From positions 672,001 through 736,000 of the forward strand of contig JBBFKX010000001.1 of assembly GCA_037481815.1 (NCBI GenBank): DNA of 64,000 bases. Direction: 5' to 3'. This document shows positions 52,336 to 63,095 of the stretch, piece by piece. The stretch comes from a candidate division WOR-3 bacterium. Lineage in GTDB: Bacteria > Hydrothermota > 32-111. The position numbers and the translations under genes were made by a program. The notes under the pieces are model-generated. The model saw only the letters and a list, made by a program, of their open reading frames with translations. It was not told where the DNA came from and did no database searches. The number at the start of each line of letters is the position of its first letter. Within the stretch, counting starts at the first letter, position 1.

Positions 52336-52488
52336 ATAAAAGACCAGTACATCCTTCACATTTTAAGATAAAATAAAAGATAAAAAACTGAATGTATCTA
52401 TTTTAATCTATAAAGTTTATTTTTACCGAAATTAGTTAGGTATATATTAAATTATAAAACATTCTTTTAGAATATTTTAATATTCATA

Positions 52489-52516
52489 TTGACTTTTTTG
52501 TATTTTATGATATAAT
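52489..52516 (+). promoter_or_regulatory. sigma70 promoter of the MoxR operon
   Basis: TTGACT-16-TATAAT with extended TG. Confidence 0.72.
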
Positions 52517-52582
52517 ATTATCGGTTGGAGAAACTACAAACAGCAGTTCTAAACAAAAACGGAAACAAAAAGGGGGGTTATA

Positions 52583-53983
52583 ATGGAAACGTGTGTTAAG
52601 ATGGCTGACTACTTTTCAGGTTTTCTTGAAGAACTTGGAATTTTTGGTTACACGAATCTGGAACTACCAATAATAATTACTTTAGCAACACAAGATCCAA
52701 TACTTTTCGTTGGAACACATGGAACCGCTAAAACGATTCTCTGTAAAAGAATTGCTGAAACACTTTCTTTAAAATATCATTGTTACGATGCTTCAAAAGT
52801 CCTATTTGAAGATATTTTGGGATTTCCAAATCCAAATTCACTCAGAGAGGGGAAAATTGAGTATATAAGTACTCCGATTTCAATATGGGATAAAGAATTT
52901 ATTCTTATCGATGAAATCTCAAGAGCAAATTTTCAAACTCAAAGTAAATGGCTTGAAATTATTAGATCAAAAAAAATCATGGGTTTGGAAATTAAAAATC
53001 TAAAATACATTTTCGCTGCTATGAATCCCCAAAATTATGTTGGTACATTTGAAATCGACAAAGCACTTTTAGGAAGATTTTCGATGATCGTAGAAATACC
53101 CGATTTAAAATGTATGGATGATAATACCATAAAAAAAATTATAACTACCATACATTCAGATGATGCCAGAGGATTTATAAGAAACAGACCAGAATTTAAA
53201 AGCTCAAATTTTAAAAAGAATTTAGAAAATATAATAAACAAAATAAAAAATGATTTTTATAATAAAAAATATTTTGACATCTCAATAAATTTTGTTCAGA
53301 TTTTAATCAAATTGCTATTAGAAGAAAATATTGAAATAGATGGAAGACGTGCTGGAATGATATTTAGAAATGTTCATAGCGCAATATCTATTTATGACAA
53401 CGATTTTAAAGATAAACAGTTTAAAAATATCTTGAGCTGGATCTCTTTATATACAATCCCTTCGTTTGATAAAAAAGAAAAAGAAAAAATAAAAATTTGC
53501 ATTAAAAAGAGCACAGATATTTTAATCGATAAAAAAAATAAATATTACTTTTTCATCAAAAAAAATATCTTCTCTACATTAAATGAGTTTGCTTCTAATT
53601 ACAATAACCTTCAAAATGAAGAAAAAGAGGAGTTCTTTCTAAAACTTCTTGAATATTATCAGGAGTTAAAAAACGAAAAAGATATTGAAAAAATTCTTGA
53701 AATTTATCAGATCTCTTTTTTCCTTGAAAATTTTGTTGAAAACGAGCTAACCAATGGTAACGAGAAAATAGTGGAAATGTTTCAAATGGTTCAAAAACCT
53801 TTTTTATTTCCTAATCAAAAAAATTTTTTCAAAATACTTATTGTATTGAACCAGAAAGAGAAGTATAAAATCAATTACTTTATTGTTACTATATTAAGTA
53901 ATCTTGATCTCCAAAACGATAACGATATTATTGAACTTTATTATATTTCATTAAAATCTATGGAGGTAAACCATGCTCGTTAA
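52583..53983 (+). CDS. MoxR-family AAA+ ATPase with C-terminal helical extension
   Basis: Walker A GTHGTAKT, Walker B ILIDEISRA, sensor-1 AAMNP, R-finger DKALLGRF, sensor-2 DGRR. Confidence 0.88.
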   Translation: METCVKMADYFSGFLEELGIFGYTNLELPIIITLATQDPILFVGTHGTAKTILCKRIAETLSLKYHCYDASKVLFEDILGFPNPNSLREGKIEYISTPISIWDKEFILIDEISRANFQTQSKWLEIIRSKKIMGLEIKNLKYIFAAMNPQNYVGTFEIDKALLGRFSMIVEIPDLKCMDDNTIKKIITTIHSDDARGFIRNRPEFKSSNFKKNLENIINKIKNDFYNKKYFDISINFVQILIKLLLEENIEIDGRRAGMIFRNVHSAISIYDNDFKDKQFKNILSWISLYTIPSFDKKEKEKIKICIKKSTDILIDKKNKYYFFIKKNIFSTLNEFASNYNNLQNEEKEEFFLKLLEYYQELKNEKDIEKILEIYQISFFLENFVENELTNGNEKIVEMFQMVQKPFLFPNQKNFFKILIVLNQKEKYKINYFIVTILSNLDLQNDNDIIELYYISLKSMEVNHAR

Positions 53984-55007
53984 CGGATTCAAATTGTTAT
54001 TCGATTTTAAAGAACATAAAACAAGTTTTTATGAGCGAATAAATGTTGAGTACCCTTTTGTTGAATGCTACAATAATCTCGAAAAGTTTCTTTTTGAAGA
54101 AAAAAACGAAATCTTTAAACCTTTTAAATTGAACCTATCGGATGGATCCATAAAATACGGAATTTTATCTTATTCTTCCATATCAGGTTTAAAAAATTTT
54201 TTAAAATCACAAAATAGTATTTACTCCATCGAAAACAAATCATTAATTTTAAGTCAGATCGAAAACGAATCATATCACATGAAAAAATCTTATCGTTTTA
54301 CAAGGGACAAATTCAAACTAGTAAACCATGGAATGTTACACAAAAAATTTTTTATGAACTACAAAGATGATATCTTTTTTTTAAAAAAGGAATCAATAGA
54401 CCCTTACAATTTTTATGACGACTCAGATTTTAATATAACATTTTCGTATAGTTTAACTGAAAAGGATTATAAAGATTTGAGGTTGAGATTGTTCAGAACT
54501 TTGTTTCTAATTCCTCCACAGAAAAATGAAAAACCAACAAAAACCTTTTGTTATAACTTTAAGAATTTTTTTTCAGTTAACAATGCCACTGAACTTCCTG
54601 AAGAAATACAGGAAGAATTTGAGAAATATGGTTTTCTCGGAAAGCCAAATTTTATCGAAAACTATTTTAACATGATAAATATAAAAATTAAGTACATCGT
54701 CAAAATTCCTGAAAAAGAAGAATTTAATAGATTACATCAGAATAAAAAAATAATAAAACCTAAACTTGAAAAAAATTTTTATTTTGTATTTTTTGATCCA
54801 TTCCCACAATATATTGAAGAAAAACTCGATAACACAAAACCAATAACGGATGTTGAACAAGCGTATTCGATCCTTATACATTCAGATTCAGGATATTATT
54901 TTAACTCAGAGAAAGATCCTTCTTTTAATCTCTTTTATGAAAAATTAGGGAAAAATAGTAAATATATATGTCTGGGAGAAGCCATACAGTTTCCAAAAAA
55001 GATTTAA
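53973..55007 (+). CDS. Hypothetical protein in the MoxR operon
   Basis: 344 aa, GGAGG RBS, overlaps the MoxR stop; no motif recognised. Confidence 0.75.
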   Translation: MLVNGFKLLFDFKEHKTSFYERINVEYPFVECYNNLEKFLFEEKNEIFKPFKLNLSDGSIKYGILSYSSISGLKNFLKSQNSIYSIENKSLILSQIENESYHMKKSYRFTRDKFKLVNHGMLHKKFFMNYKDDIFFLKKESIDPYNFYDDSDFNITFSYSLTEKDYKDLRLRLFRTLFLIPPQKNEKPTKTFCYNFKNFFSVNNATELPEEIQEEFEKYGFLGKPNFIENYFNMINIKIKYIVKIPEKEEFNRLHQNKKIIKPKLEKNFYFVFFDPFPQYIEEKLDNTKPITDVEQAYSILIHSDSGYYFNSEKDPSFNLFYEKLGKNSKYICLGEAIQFPKKI

Positions 55008-55016
55008 AGAGGTTTT

Positions 55017-56303
55017 ATGTCGAACAAAAATATCAAAAAAATATTCTCTGACATTTTAAATAAAAACTTTGAGCAATTTTCAAGTAAAATCACCTTTCTA
55101 TTTTCTAATGAAACTCCAACTGCCTGTGTAAAAAGAAATCAAAATAATTTTTTATTGGTGGTCAATAAGAATTTTATAGAAAAATACAATTTAAATTTAT
55201 TTGATATCGAATTTGTCTTACACCATGAACTCTCACATTTAAAATTCGGTGATCTCAATAAAATTTTTTCTACAAACCTTACCGAAAAAGAAAGAGTTGT
55301 TGTGAATATTGTTCTTGATATAACCATCAACTCGTTGTTAATCAAAAATCTCCCTTTTACAAAATATCTTACAATATTTGAAAAACTATACAATTTATCA
55401 AGTTTCCCCTCTTTTTTGCTTTATCCACCATCACTTTATGATTTTCACAAAAAAAAGGAAAGTTTAAAAAAATTGTTATTGGTAAAAGGTACAGATGAGT
55501 TTAATGCTGAATTTCTTCTTGATCTATACATAAAAATGTGGGATTTAAAAATTTCAGAAACTGAGGCATTTTACAGTTTAAAAGATTTTCTTGAAATTTT
55601 TGAAGATAATAATCCGATCTTTTTGGGTTCCCATGAAAAAAAAGGTTATTCAAACAGACCTCTTGATAAAATAATAAATCTGAGATTAGAAAAATCTGAT
55701 TGGAGAGATGGAAATAAAAACATCTATGAATTTTTGAAATTTATAAACAGTATGTTATCAGAAGGTGAAAATTTCGCTTCCAAAATAATCGAACAGAATA
55801 TTTTTTATAATGTGATCGATCATATCTCAAGAAAAGATATACTTTTCAATTTTTATAATGTTGAAAAATTACTCTACGAAAATAAAATTTTCAACGAAGA
55901 TTTTATAAAAAAAGACCTTTCAATTTATATCGATGTTTCCGGTTCATTTTTGAAAACCTATCCATTTATTGTTAAACTGATTTCACAGTTAAAAAATTTT
56001 TATTTTATAGAAATTTTTCAGTTCAGTTCAACGGTTGAAAAAATTAATTTTGATGACTTTTTAAAAGGAATTGTTGTAACAAACAATATGACCAGTATCA
56101 ATGCTGTTTTGAAGCATATAATTGATAACAATTACAAAAATGCACTTATCATAAGTGATGGTTTAATATCTAATCCTTCATATGACCTTATTTTTAAAAT
56201 AAAAGAAAAAAATATTAAAATATTCTCTATCATTACAAGGAAACATTCAGAAAATAAAATTAAACAATTTTCTTATAAATACTTTTTTCTTAAAATAAAC
56301 TAA
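55017..56303 (+). CDS. HExxH metallopeptidase + vWA protein (DUF2201-like architecture)
   Basis: PTACV, FVLHHELSH, NIVLDITIN; MIDAS IDVSGS..T..ISDG. Confidence 0.85.
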   Translation: MSNKNIKKIFSDILNKNFEQFSSKITFLFSNETPTACVKRNQNNFLLVVNKNFIEKYNLNLFDIEFVLHHELSHLKFGDLNKIFSTNLTEKERVVVNIVLDITINSLLIKNLPFTKYLTIFEKLYNLSSFPSFLLYPPSLYDFHKKKESLKKLLLVKGTDEFNAEFLLDLYIKMWDLKISETEAFYSLKDFLEIFEDNNPIFLGSHEKKGYSNRPLDKIINLRLEKSDWRDGNKNIYEFLKFINSMLSEGENFASKIIEQNIFYNVIDHISRKDILFNFYNVEKLLYENKIFNEDFIKKDLSIYIDVSGSFLKTYPFIVKLISQLKNFYFIEIFQFSSTVEKINFDDFLKGIVVTNNMTSINAVLKHIIDNNYKNALIISDGLISNPSYDLIFKIKEKNIKIFSIITRKHSENKIKQFSYKYFFLKIN

Positions 56304-56314
56304 AAGGAGGAGAA

Positions 56315-56764
56315 ATGAATAAAGAAGTTTCAAAATTTTCAGATGATAAAAATTTTTCAGTTACTATTGACTTAAAAGATGTATTTAAGGAACATAGGGT
56401 AAAAGTAAAGAAAAAGAAAATAAACTATGGAGGAAACATTAAATTTGGATTTAACTCATGTCAATATAAATTTTATAAAGATACATTTAAAGAAACAATT
56501 TTAAGAGCGATAGAGGGAGTTTTAACACACGAACCAGTTGATGAGAAAGAAAATTTTTTACAGGGAATCTCAGATAAACTTGAAATAAGTGTTAAATACA
56601 ACAATTTTGATGACTCTTCTGAAATAAGAATCAAAAAAATTTCTCATTCTGCTTTGATTACACTTGCATATTACCTTTTAAGGGTGATAAAAGTTTTTGA
56701 ATGTGAGGTTAAGAGTGATAGGGACCAAGGATATGGTCTTGTTGCTGTTGATGAAGCGATTTAA
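56315..56764 (+). CDS. Hypothetical protein, last gene of the MoxR operon
   Basis: 149 aa, AGGAGG RBS, lysine-rich patch RVKVKKKK. Confidence 0.72.
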   Translation: MNKEVSKFSDDKNFSVTIDLKDVFKEHRVKVKKKKINYGGNIKFGFNSCQYKFYKDTFKETILRAIEGVLTHEPVDEKENFLQGISDKLEISVKYNNFDDSSEIRIKKISHSALITLAYYLLRVIKVFECEVKSDRDQGYGLVAVDEAI

Positions 56765-56779
56765 AAAATTTTTAAAAAA

Positions 56780-56853
56780 CGGGAGCGACGAGACTCGAAC
56801 TCGCGACCTCTTGCGTGACAGGCAAGCGTTCTAACCAACTGAACTACGCCCCC
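56780..56853 (-). tRNA. tRNA-Asp (GTC)
   Basis: Reverse complement gggggcgtagttcagttggttagaacgcttgcctgtcacgcaagaggtcgcgagttcgagtctcgtcgctcccg; promoter TTGACA-17-TATTAT at 56896-56868; CCA not encoded. Confidence 0.96.
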
Positions 56854-56899
56854 GTTTAAGGGATGTTATAATATCATAGAAATAAAATTTTGTCAATAT

Positions 56900-59154
<2,255 letters not shown>

Positions 59155-59194
59155 AGTGTTAAATTATATCATAAATTCAGAGATTATCAACTAT

Positions 59195-59839
59195 CTAAAC
59201 ACCGATTTTTTCACAGAGTTTATTTAAAACACACAGACCACATTTTGGTTTTACAGGTTTACAAACATTCTGCCCCCATAAAACAAGTAATTCGTTGTAA
59301 ACTATCCAGTATTTTTTAGGTAAAACTTTCATCAGTTCGATTTCAGTTTCATAAGGGCTTTTTGTTTTTATTATTCCAAATCTGTTTGAAATCCTGTGAA
59401 CATGGGTATCAACACATATACCTTTTTTTCCGTAACCTAACGATAAAACAAGATTTGCAGTTTTTCGTCCGACACCCTTTAATTTCAAAAGTTGTTCCAT
59501 CTCATCAGGCACCTTTCCACCATATTTTTCAATTATCGTTTGAGAAACATTTTTTATCACTTTTGCTTTATTTCTATAGAATCCCGCTTTTTTTATCAGT
59601 TTTTCTATCTCGCTGTTTTCAAGTTTCACCATTTTATAAGGAGTATCTGCTACTTTGAAAAGTTTTAAAGATACCTCTTCTGTAATCTTATCTTTGGTTC
59701 TAAGCGAGATCAGAGTTGATATCAAGATTTTATAGGGAGTACTTTTTTCAAAAAGTTTACCTACAACGGGTTTTCCATATTTCTTTGTTTCCTTTAAGAG
59801 AATTTTTATAATCTTTATAAAAACTTTTTTATCCATCAA
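59195..59839 (-). CDS. nth: Endonuclease III
   Basis: LISLRTKD, HhH LKGVGRKTAN, VDTHVHR, C-x6-C-x2-C-x5-C cluster motif. Confidence 0.95.
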   Translation of the reverse strand: MMDKKVFIKIIKILLKETKKYGKPVVGKLFEKSTPYKILISTLISLRTKDKITEEVSLKLFKVADTPYKMVKLENSEIEKLIKKAGFYRNKAKVIKNVSQTIIEKYGGKVPDEMEQLLKLKGVGRKTANLVLSLGYGKKGICVDTHVHRISNRFGIIKTKSPYETEIELMKVLPKKYWIVYNELLVLWGQNVCKPVKPKCGLCVLNKLCEKIGV

Positions 59840-60717
59840 AATAACAATAAAGTTAAGGCAACATAGATAGATTCAAGCAAATATAACAATCGATAGAATC
59901 TTCTAAAATTTCTCGGGAAATTAAAATCGATATTCGATTTTAAAACTTTTATAAAATAATAGAGTTGTAGAAACATTCCAGGTAAAAAGGCAATTCCGGT
60001 ATAAATAGGAATTATTTTGAAAAATGATATCGTTAAAAAATATAGACAGGAGATAAAAAATATTGAAGTAGAAAGTATAAACGATCCTTTGATACCCAAT
60101 CTGTGTGCGATAGTGATGACATTGTTTTCTTTATCTGATTGATAATCAACATTGTAATGGTTTATATGTCCCGCTATTTCTATCAGTCCAAAGAACAGGG
60201 AAAAGAAGATAAGATCAAAAGAATAGTAACCCAAAATATATGAACCAAATATTGCAAGGAAAGGCATCGTCAGAAGATCAAGAAGAAAAGGGAAAAAAAC
60301 TCCCTTTTTAAACATAACGAGTGGATGTGTATAGAGAATCCAGCCAAGCATAAGAAAAATGAAATAGATTGTGAAATATGGATTTATAAAGAGAGAAAAG
60401 AAAATATTTGATAAAAAAAAGAACGATGAAATATAGAAAAGAAACTTTTTATCAACACCTTTAAACCTTTCTTCAAATTTCTTTTTTCTGTCCTTCAGGT
60501 CAAGCTCAAATGTTGCATAGTTGTTGTATGAAAGAACCTGCGATAAAAAAGAGAATACGGCAAGAATTCCAAAAAGTGTTTTGATGTTTATTTCAGGGAA
60601 TCCCAACCTGTATGTCGCATAGATGAATCCAGCGAAAGTTATAAAAAAATGTTGAATGTTCTCATAAGGTCGTATAGCAAAAAATAGAGATCTTAGATGG
60701 TTTTTAAGAGTTTTCAT
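59836..60717 (-). CDS. UbiA-superfamily prenyltransferase, divergent
   Basis: IRP near the N-terminus, multiple TMs, YTHP..K, DYQSDKENNVITIAHRLG; first Asp-rich motif degenerate (NNYATFELD); ATG 60717 preferred. Confidence 0.68.
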   Translation of the reverse strand: MKTLKNHLRSLFFAIRPYENIQHFFITFAGFIYATYRLGFPEINIKTLFGILAVFSFLSQVLSYNNYATFELDLKDRKKKFEERFKGVDKKFLFYISSFFFLSNIFFSLFINPYFTIYFIFLMLGWILYTHPLVMFKKGVFFPFLLDLLTMPFLAIFGSYILGYYSFDLIFFSLFFGLIEIAGHINHYNVDYQSDKENNVITIAHRLGIKGSFILSTSIFFISCLYFLTISFFKIIPIYTGIAFLPGMFLQLYYFIKVLKSNIDFNFPRNFRRFYRLLYLLESIYVALTLLLF

Positions 60718-62029
60718 TTTTAAGTATCCCTTCTGATGCAATTATACCTGATATCGCCGCTCCAACTATACCTCTTGATTTGCCAGCACCGTCACCTGCT
60801 ACAAAAATATTTTTTACATTCGTTTCAAGTTTTTCTGTGGTATTGTAAACAAGTGAATAGAATTTCACCTCAGGTGCGTATATTATATTTTCCTCTTTCA
60901 AAATCGTGTTTCCAAAAATTTTGTTAAGTTTTATCAGTGCTTCTTTTAACTCCTTAATTATCTTGTAAGGATAAGACATTCTTATATCTCCAGGTGTTAC
61001 AAGTTTTCCAACATTGAGTGTTGGCTTCACCCGATCAAACCATCTCGTTTTATCAAAAAATGTTTCCTCTTTGCTTCTTTTCTCATCAAGAAAGTCGCCA
61101 ACCCTTTGTATTATTGGCCTACCATTTCCAAGAATATTTGTTGAAATAGCTATCAATCGTCCATAAACAAAAGGATCGGTTAACGGTTCGGTCAAAATTA
61201 TTGTATCAAGAAGTGCAAAATTTGTGTTTTCAGTTTTACTGCTTTTTAAAGCATCTCCATTTACAAGAGTGAAATCATCATACCTTTCAAGTGTAACTCT
61301 GCCACCCGGATTGGTACAGAATGTTCTTAAAATGTTTCCATACTTTGATTTTATTTTGAACTTTGGGTCATAGATCACATCGGTTATAGGATACGATTCG
61401 TTTCTCATCTCAACTCTGATACCAACATCGATCTTTTTGCCGTTCGAATATGAGATGTTCAACCTATTCGAGATCTCCCTCAGCCATTTTGAACCACTTC
61501 TTCCAGGAGCCAAAATCACATATTTCCCTTCGAAACTTTCTCCTTTAGATGTCTCAAGGTTATAAAATTTATCTTTGATTTTTATATCAACTATTTCGGT
61601 TGAAAGTTTGAACTTTACTCCCTTCTTTTCAAGAAAATCTCTGAAGTTTTTTATAACATTTTTTGAAAGATCGGTTCCTATATGTCTCTGGATAGCGGGT
61701 ATGAATTCTACATCGTTTCTTTTTGCCCTTTCATCCCATTCCTTATAGAGTGTCTGGTCATCACCAAAAATCTGATCAGGTGCCCCAAATTTCAAAAATG
61801 TCTTATCGATAAACTCTATATACTCTTTTGCTTTATCTTTTGAAATCTTTAACTCATCAAGATCCATTCCAATTTCTGTTGAAAGGTTCAACTTACAATC
61901 GTTTAACATTCCACCTGAAGGAAATGGATTTTTGTCGATGATGAGAATCGAATCTTTACCCTCTTTTACAAGATTCAAGGCAGCGAAAAGACCAGCAGGT
62001 CCTGAACCAACAATTATTACTTCATACAT
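60704..62029 (-). CDS. FAD-dependent oxidoreductase (COG2509-like)
   Basis: GSGPAG, RHIGTD, APGRSG, RTFCTNPGG, YAPEVKFYS, AGDGAG.SRG. Confidence 0.85.
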   Translation of the reverse strand: MYEVIIVGSGPAGLFAALNLVKEGKDSILIIDKNPFPSGGMLNDCKLNLSTEIGMDLDELKISKDKAKEYIEFIDKTFLKFGAPDQIFGDDQTLYKEWDERAKRNDVEFIPAIQRHIGTDLSKNVIKNFRDFLEKKGVKFKLSTEIVDIKIKDKFYNLETSKGESFEGKYVILAPGRSGSKWLREISNRLNISYSNGKKIDVGIRVEMRNESYPITDVIYDPKFKIKSKYGNILRTFCTNPGGRVTLERYDDFTLVNGDALKSSKTENTNFALLDTIILTEPLTDPFVYGRLIAISTNILGNGRPIIQRVGDFLDEKRSKEETFFDKTRWFDRVKPTLNVGKLVTPGDIRMSYPYKIIKELKEALIKLNKIFGNTILKEENIIYAPEVKFYSLVYNTTEKLETNVKNIFVAGDGAGKSRGIVGAAISGIIASEGILKNENS

Positions 62030-62069
62030 AAAAGAAGATTATATCAAAAAAAAAAATGATGTAAATATT

Positions 62070-63095
62070 TTATAAATCAACAGGGATATCTGTTATAAGT
62101 TTTTCTCTTCGATCGCCCCTTTCTTTAACGAGTATTTTTCCTGCTCTTTTAACTGTTTCTTCGGTTATCATCAAGGTAGACTTTTCATCCTCTTTAAGAC
62201 AGATTTTGTTATCGTAAAGTTGATATTTTTCTCTATACTCCTGTGGAGTATAGTTTGGCATTATAACATTTGCTCCACTGTTTAACGCTTTTTCTCTTCC
62301 CTCTTTATCAAGAGTGGCCATAGAGGTCGTTGCAGGAATATTCGTGTTGATCGTAACCAATCTTAACAATGCGATGAAGTTCAAAACGAGTTCAAAATCA
62401 GGTGGTTTTTGGTCTTTCAAGGGTGTCTGGTGATGTGGAATGAAAGGGCCAACTCCAAGCATATCAAAATCATAAATTTTAAAAAACAGAATATCCTTTG
62501 CAAGGTCATCATGTGTTTGACCCGGAAGACCTATCATCACTCCAGTTCCCGTTTCATAACCAAGTTCCTTTAAAGTTAAAAGTGCTTCTAACCTTACATC
62601 GAAATCATCATCGGGATGTAATTTTTTAAAAAGTTCTCTATTTGTCGTTTCTATCCTCAACAGGAATCTATCTGCACCAGCTCTTTTCCATTCATAATAT
62701 CTTTCCCTTCTTCTTTCACCGACAGAGAGTGTTATTGCCATATCAAAATTTTTTTTCGTGTATTCGATTATCTCCGTTAGATCTCTGTCGTATATATCAA
62801 CCTCCCCACTCTGTAAAACAATTGTTCGAAAACCATCCTCATAACTTTTTTTTATCAACTCTTTTATCCGTTCTTTTTCAATAGTGTACCTTGGAATTTT
62901 ACTGTTGCTTTTTCTTATTCCACAATACAAACAATCTTTTTTACATAGATTTGAAAACTCGATTATACCTCTTAAATAAACATTTTTTCCGTAAATTTTT
63001 TCGGTTAAACTGTTCGCCTTTTCTCGAAGTAACAAAGAATCGTCTCCCTTACTTTTTAAAAGCAATGAAAGTTGCTCCAAGGTATAATCTTTCAT
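62070..63095 (-). CDS. hydE: [FeFe]-hydrogenase maturase, radical SAM
   Basis: RGIIEFSN.CKKDCLYC, VLQSGE, LRIET, GPFIPH..TPL, NIPATT, GANVIMPN, YQLYDNK. Confidence 0.93.
   Translation of the reverse strand: MKDYTLEQLSLLLKSKGDDSLLLREKANSLTEKIYGKNVYLRGIIEFSNLCKKDCLYCGIRKSNSKIPRYTIEKERIKELIKKSYEDGFRTIVLQSGEVDIYDRDLTEIIEYTKKNFDMAITLSVGERRRERYYEWKRAGADRFLLRIETTNRELFKKLHPDDDFDVRLEALLTLKELGYETGTGVMIGLPGQTHDDLAKDILFFKIYDFDMLGVGPFIPHHQTPLKDQKPPDFELVLNFIALLRLVTINTNIPATTSMATLDKEGREKALNSGANVIMPNYTPQEYREKYQLYDNKICLKEDEKSTLMITEETVKRAGKILVKERGDRREKLITDIPVDL

Noticed and set aside
53973..55007. N-terminus MLVNGFKL resembles the first strand of prokaryotic Argonaute N domains
   Set aside because: Too short to be meaningful, and no MID/PIWI motifs recognised; needs a structure search
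50110..56853. Formal integrative element at tRNA-Asp
   Set aside because: No integrase and no duplicated tRNA 3' end found by eye at the left boundary or in 52335-52583, so not called as a mobile element
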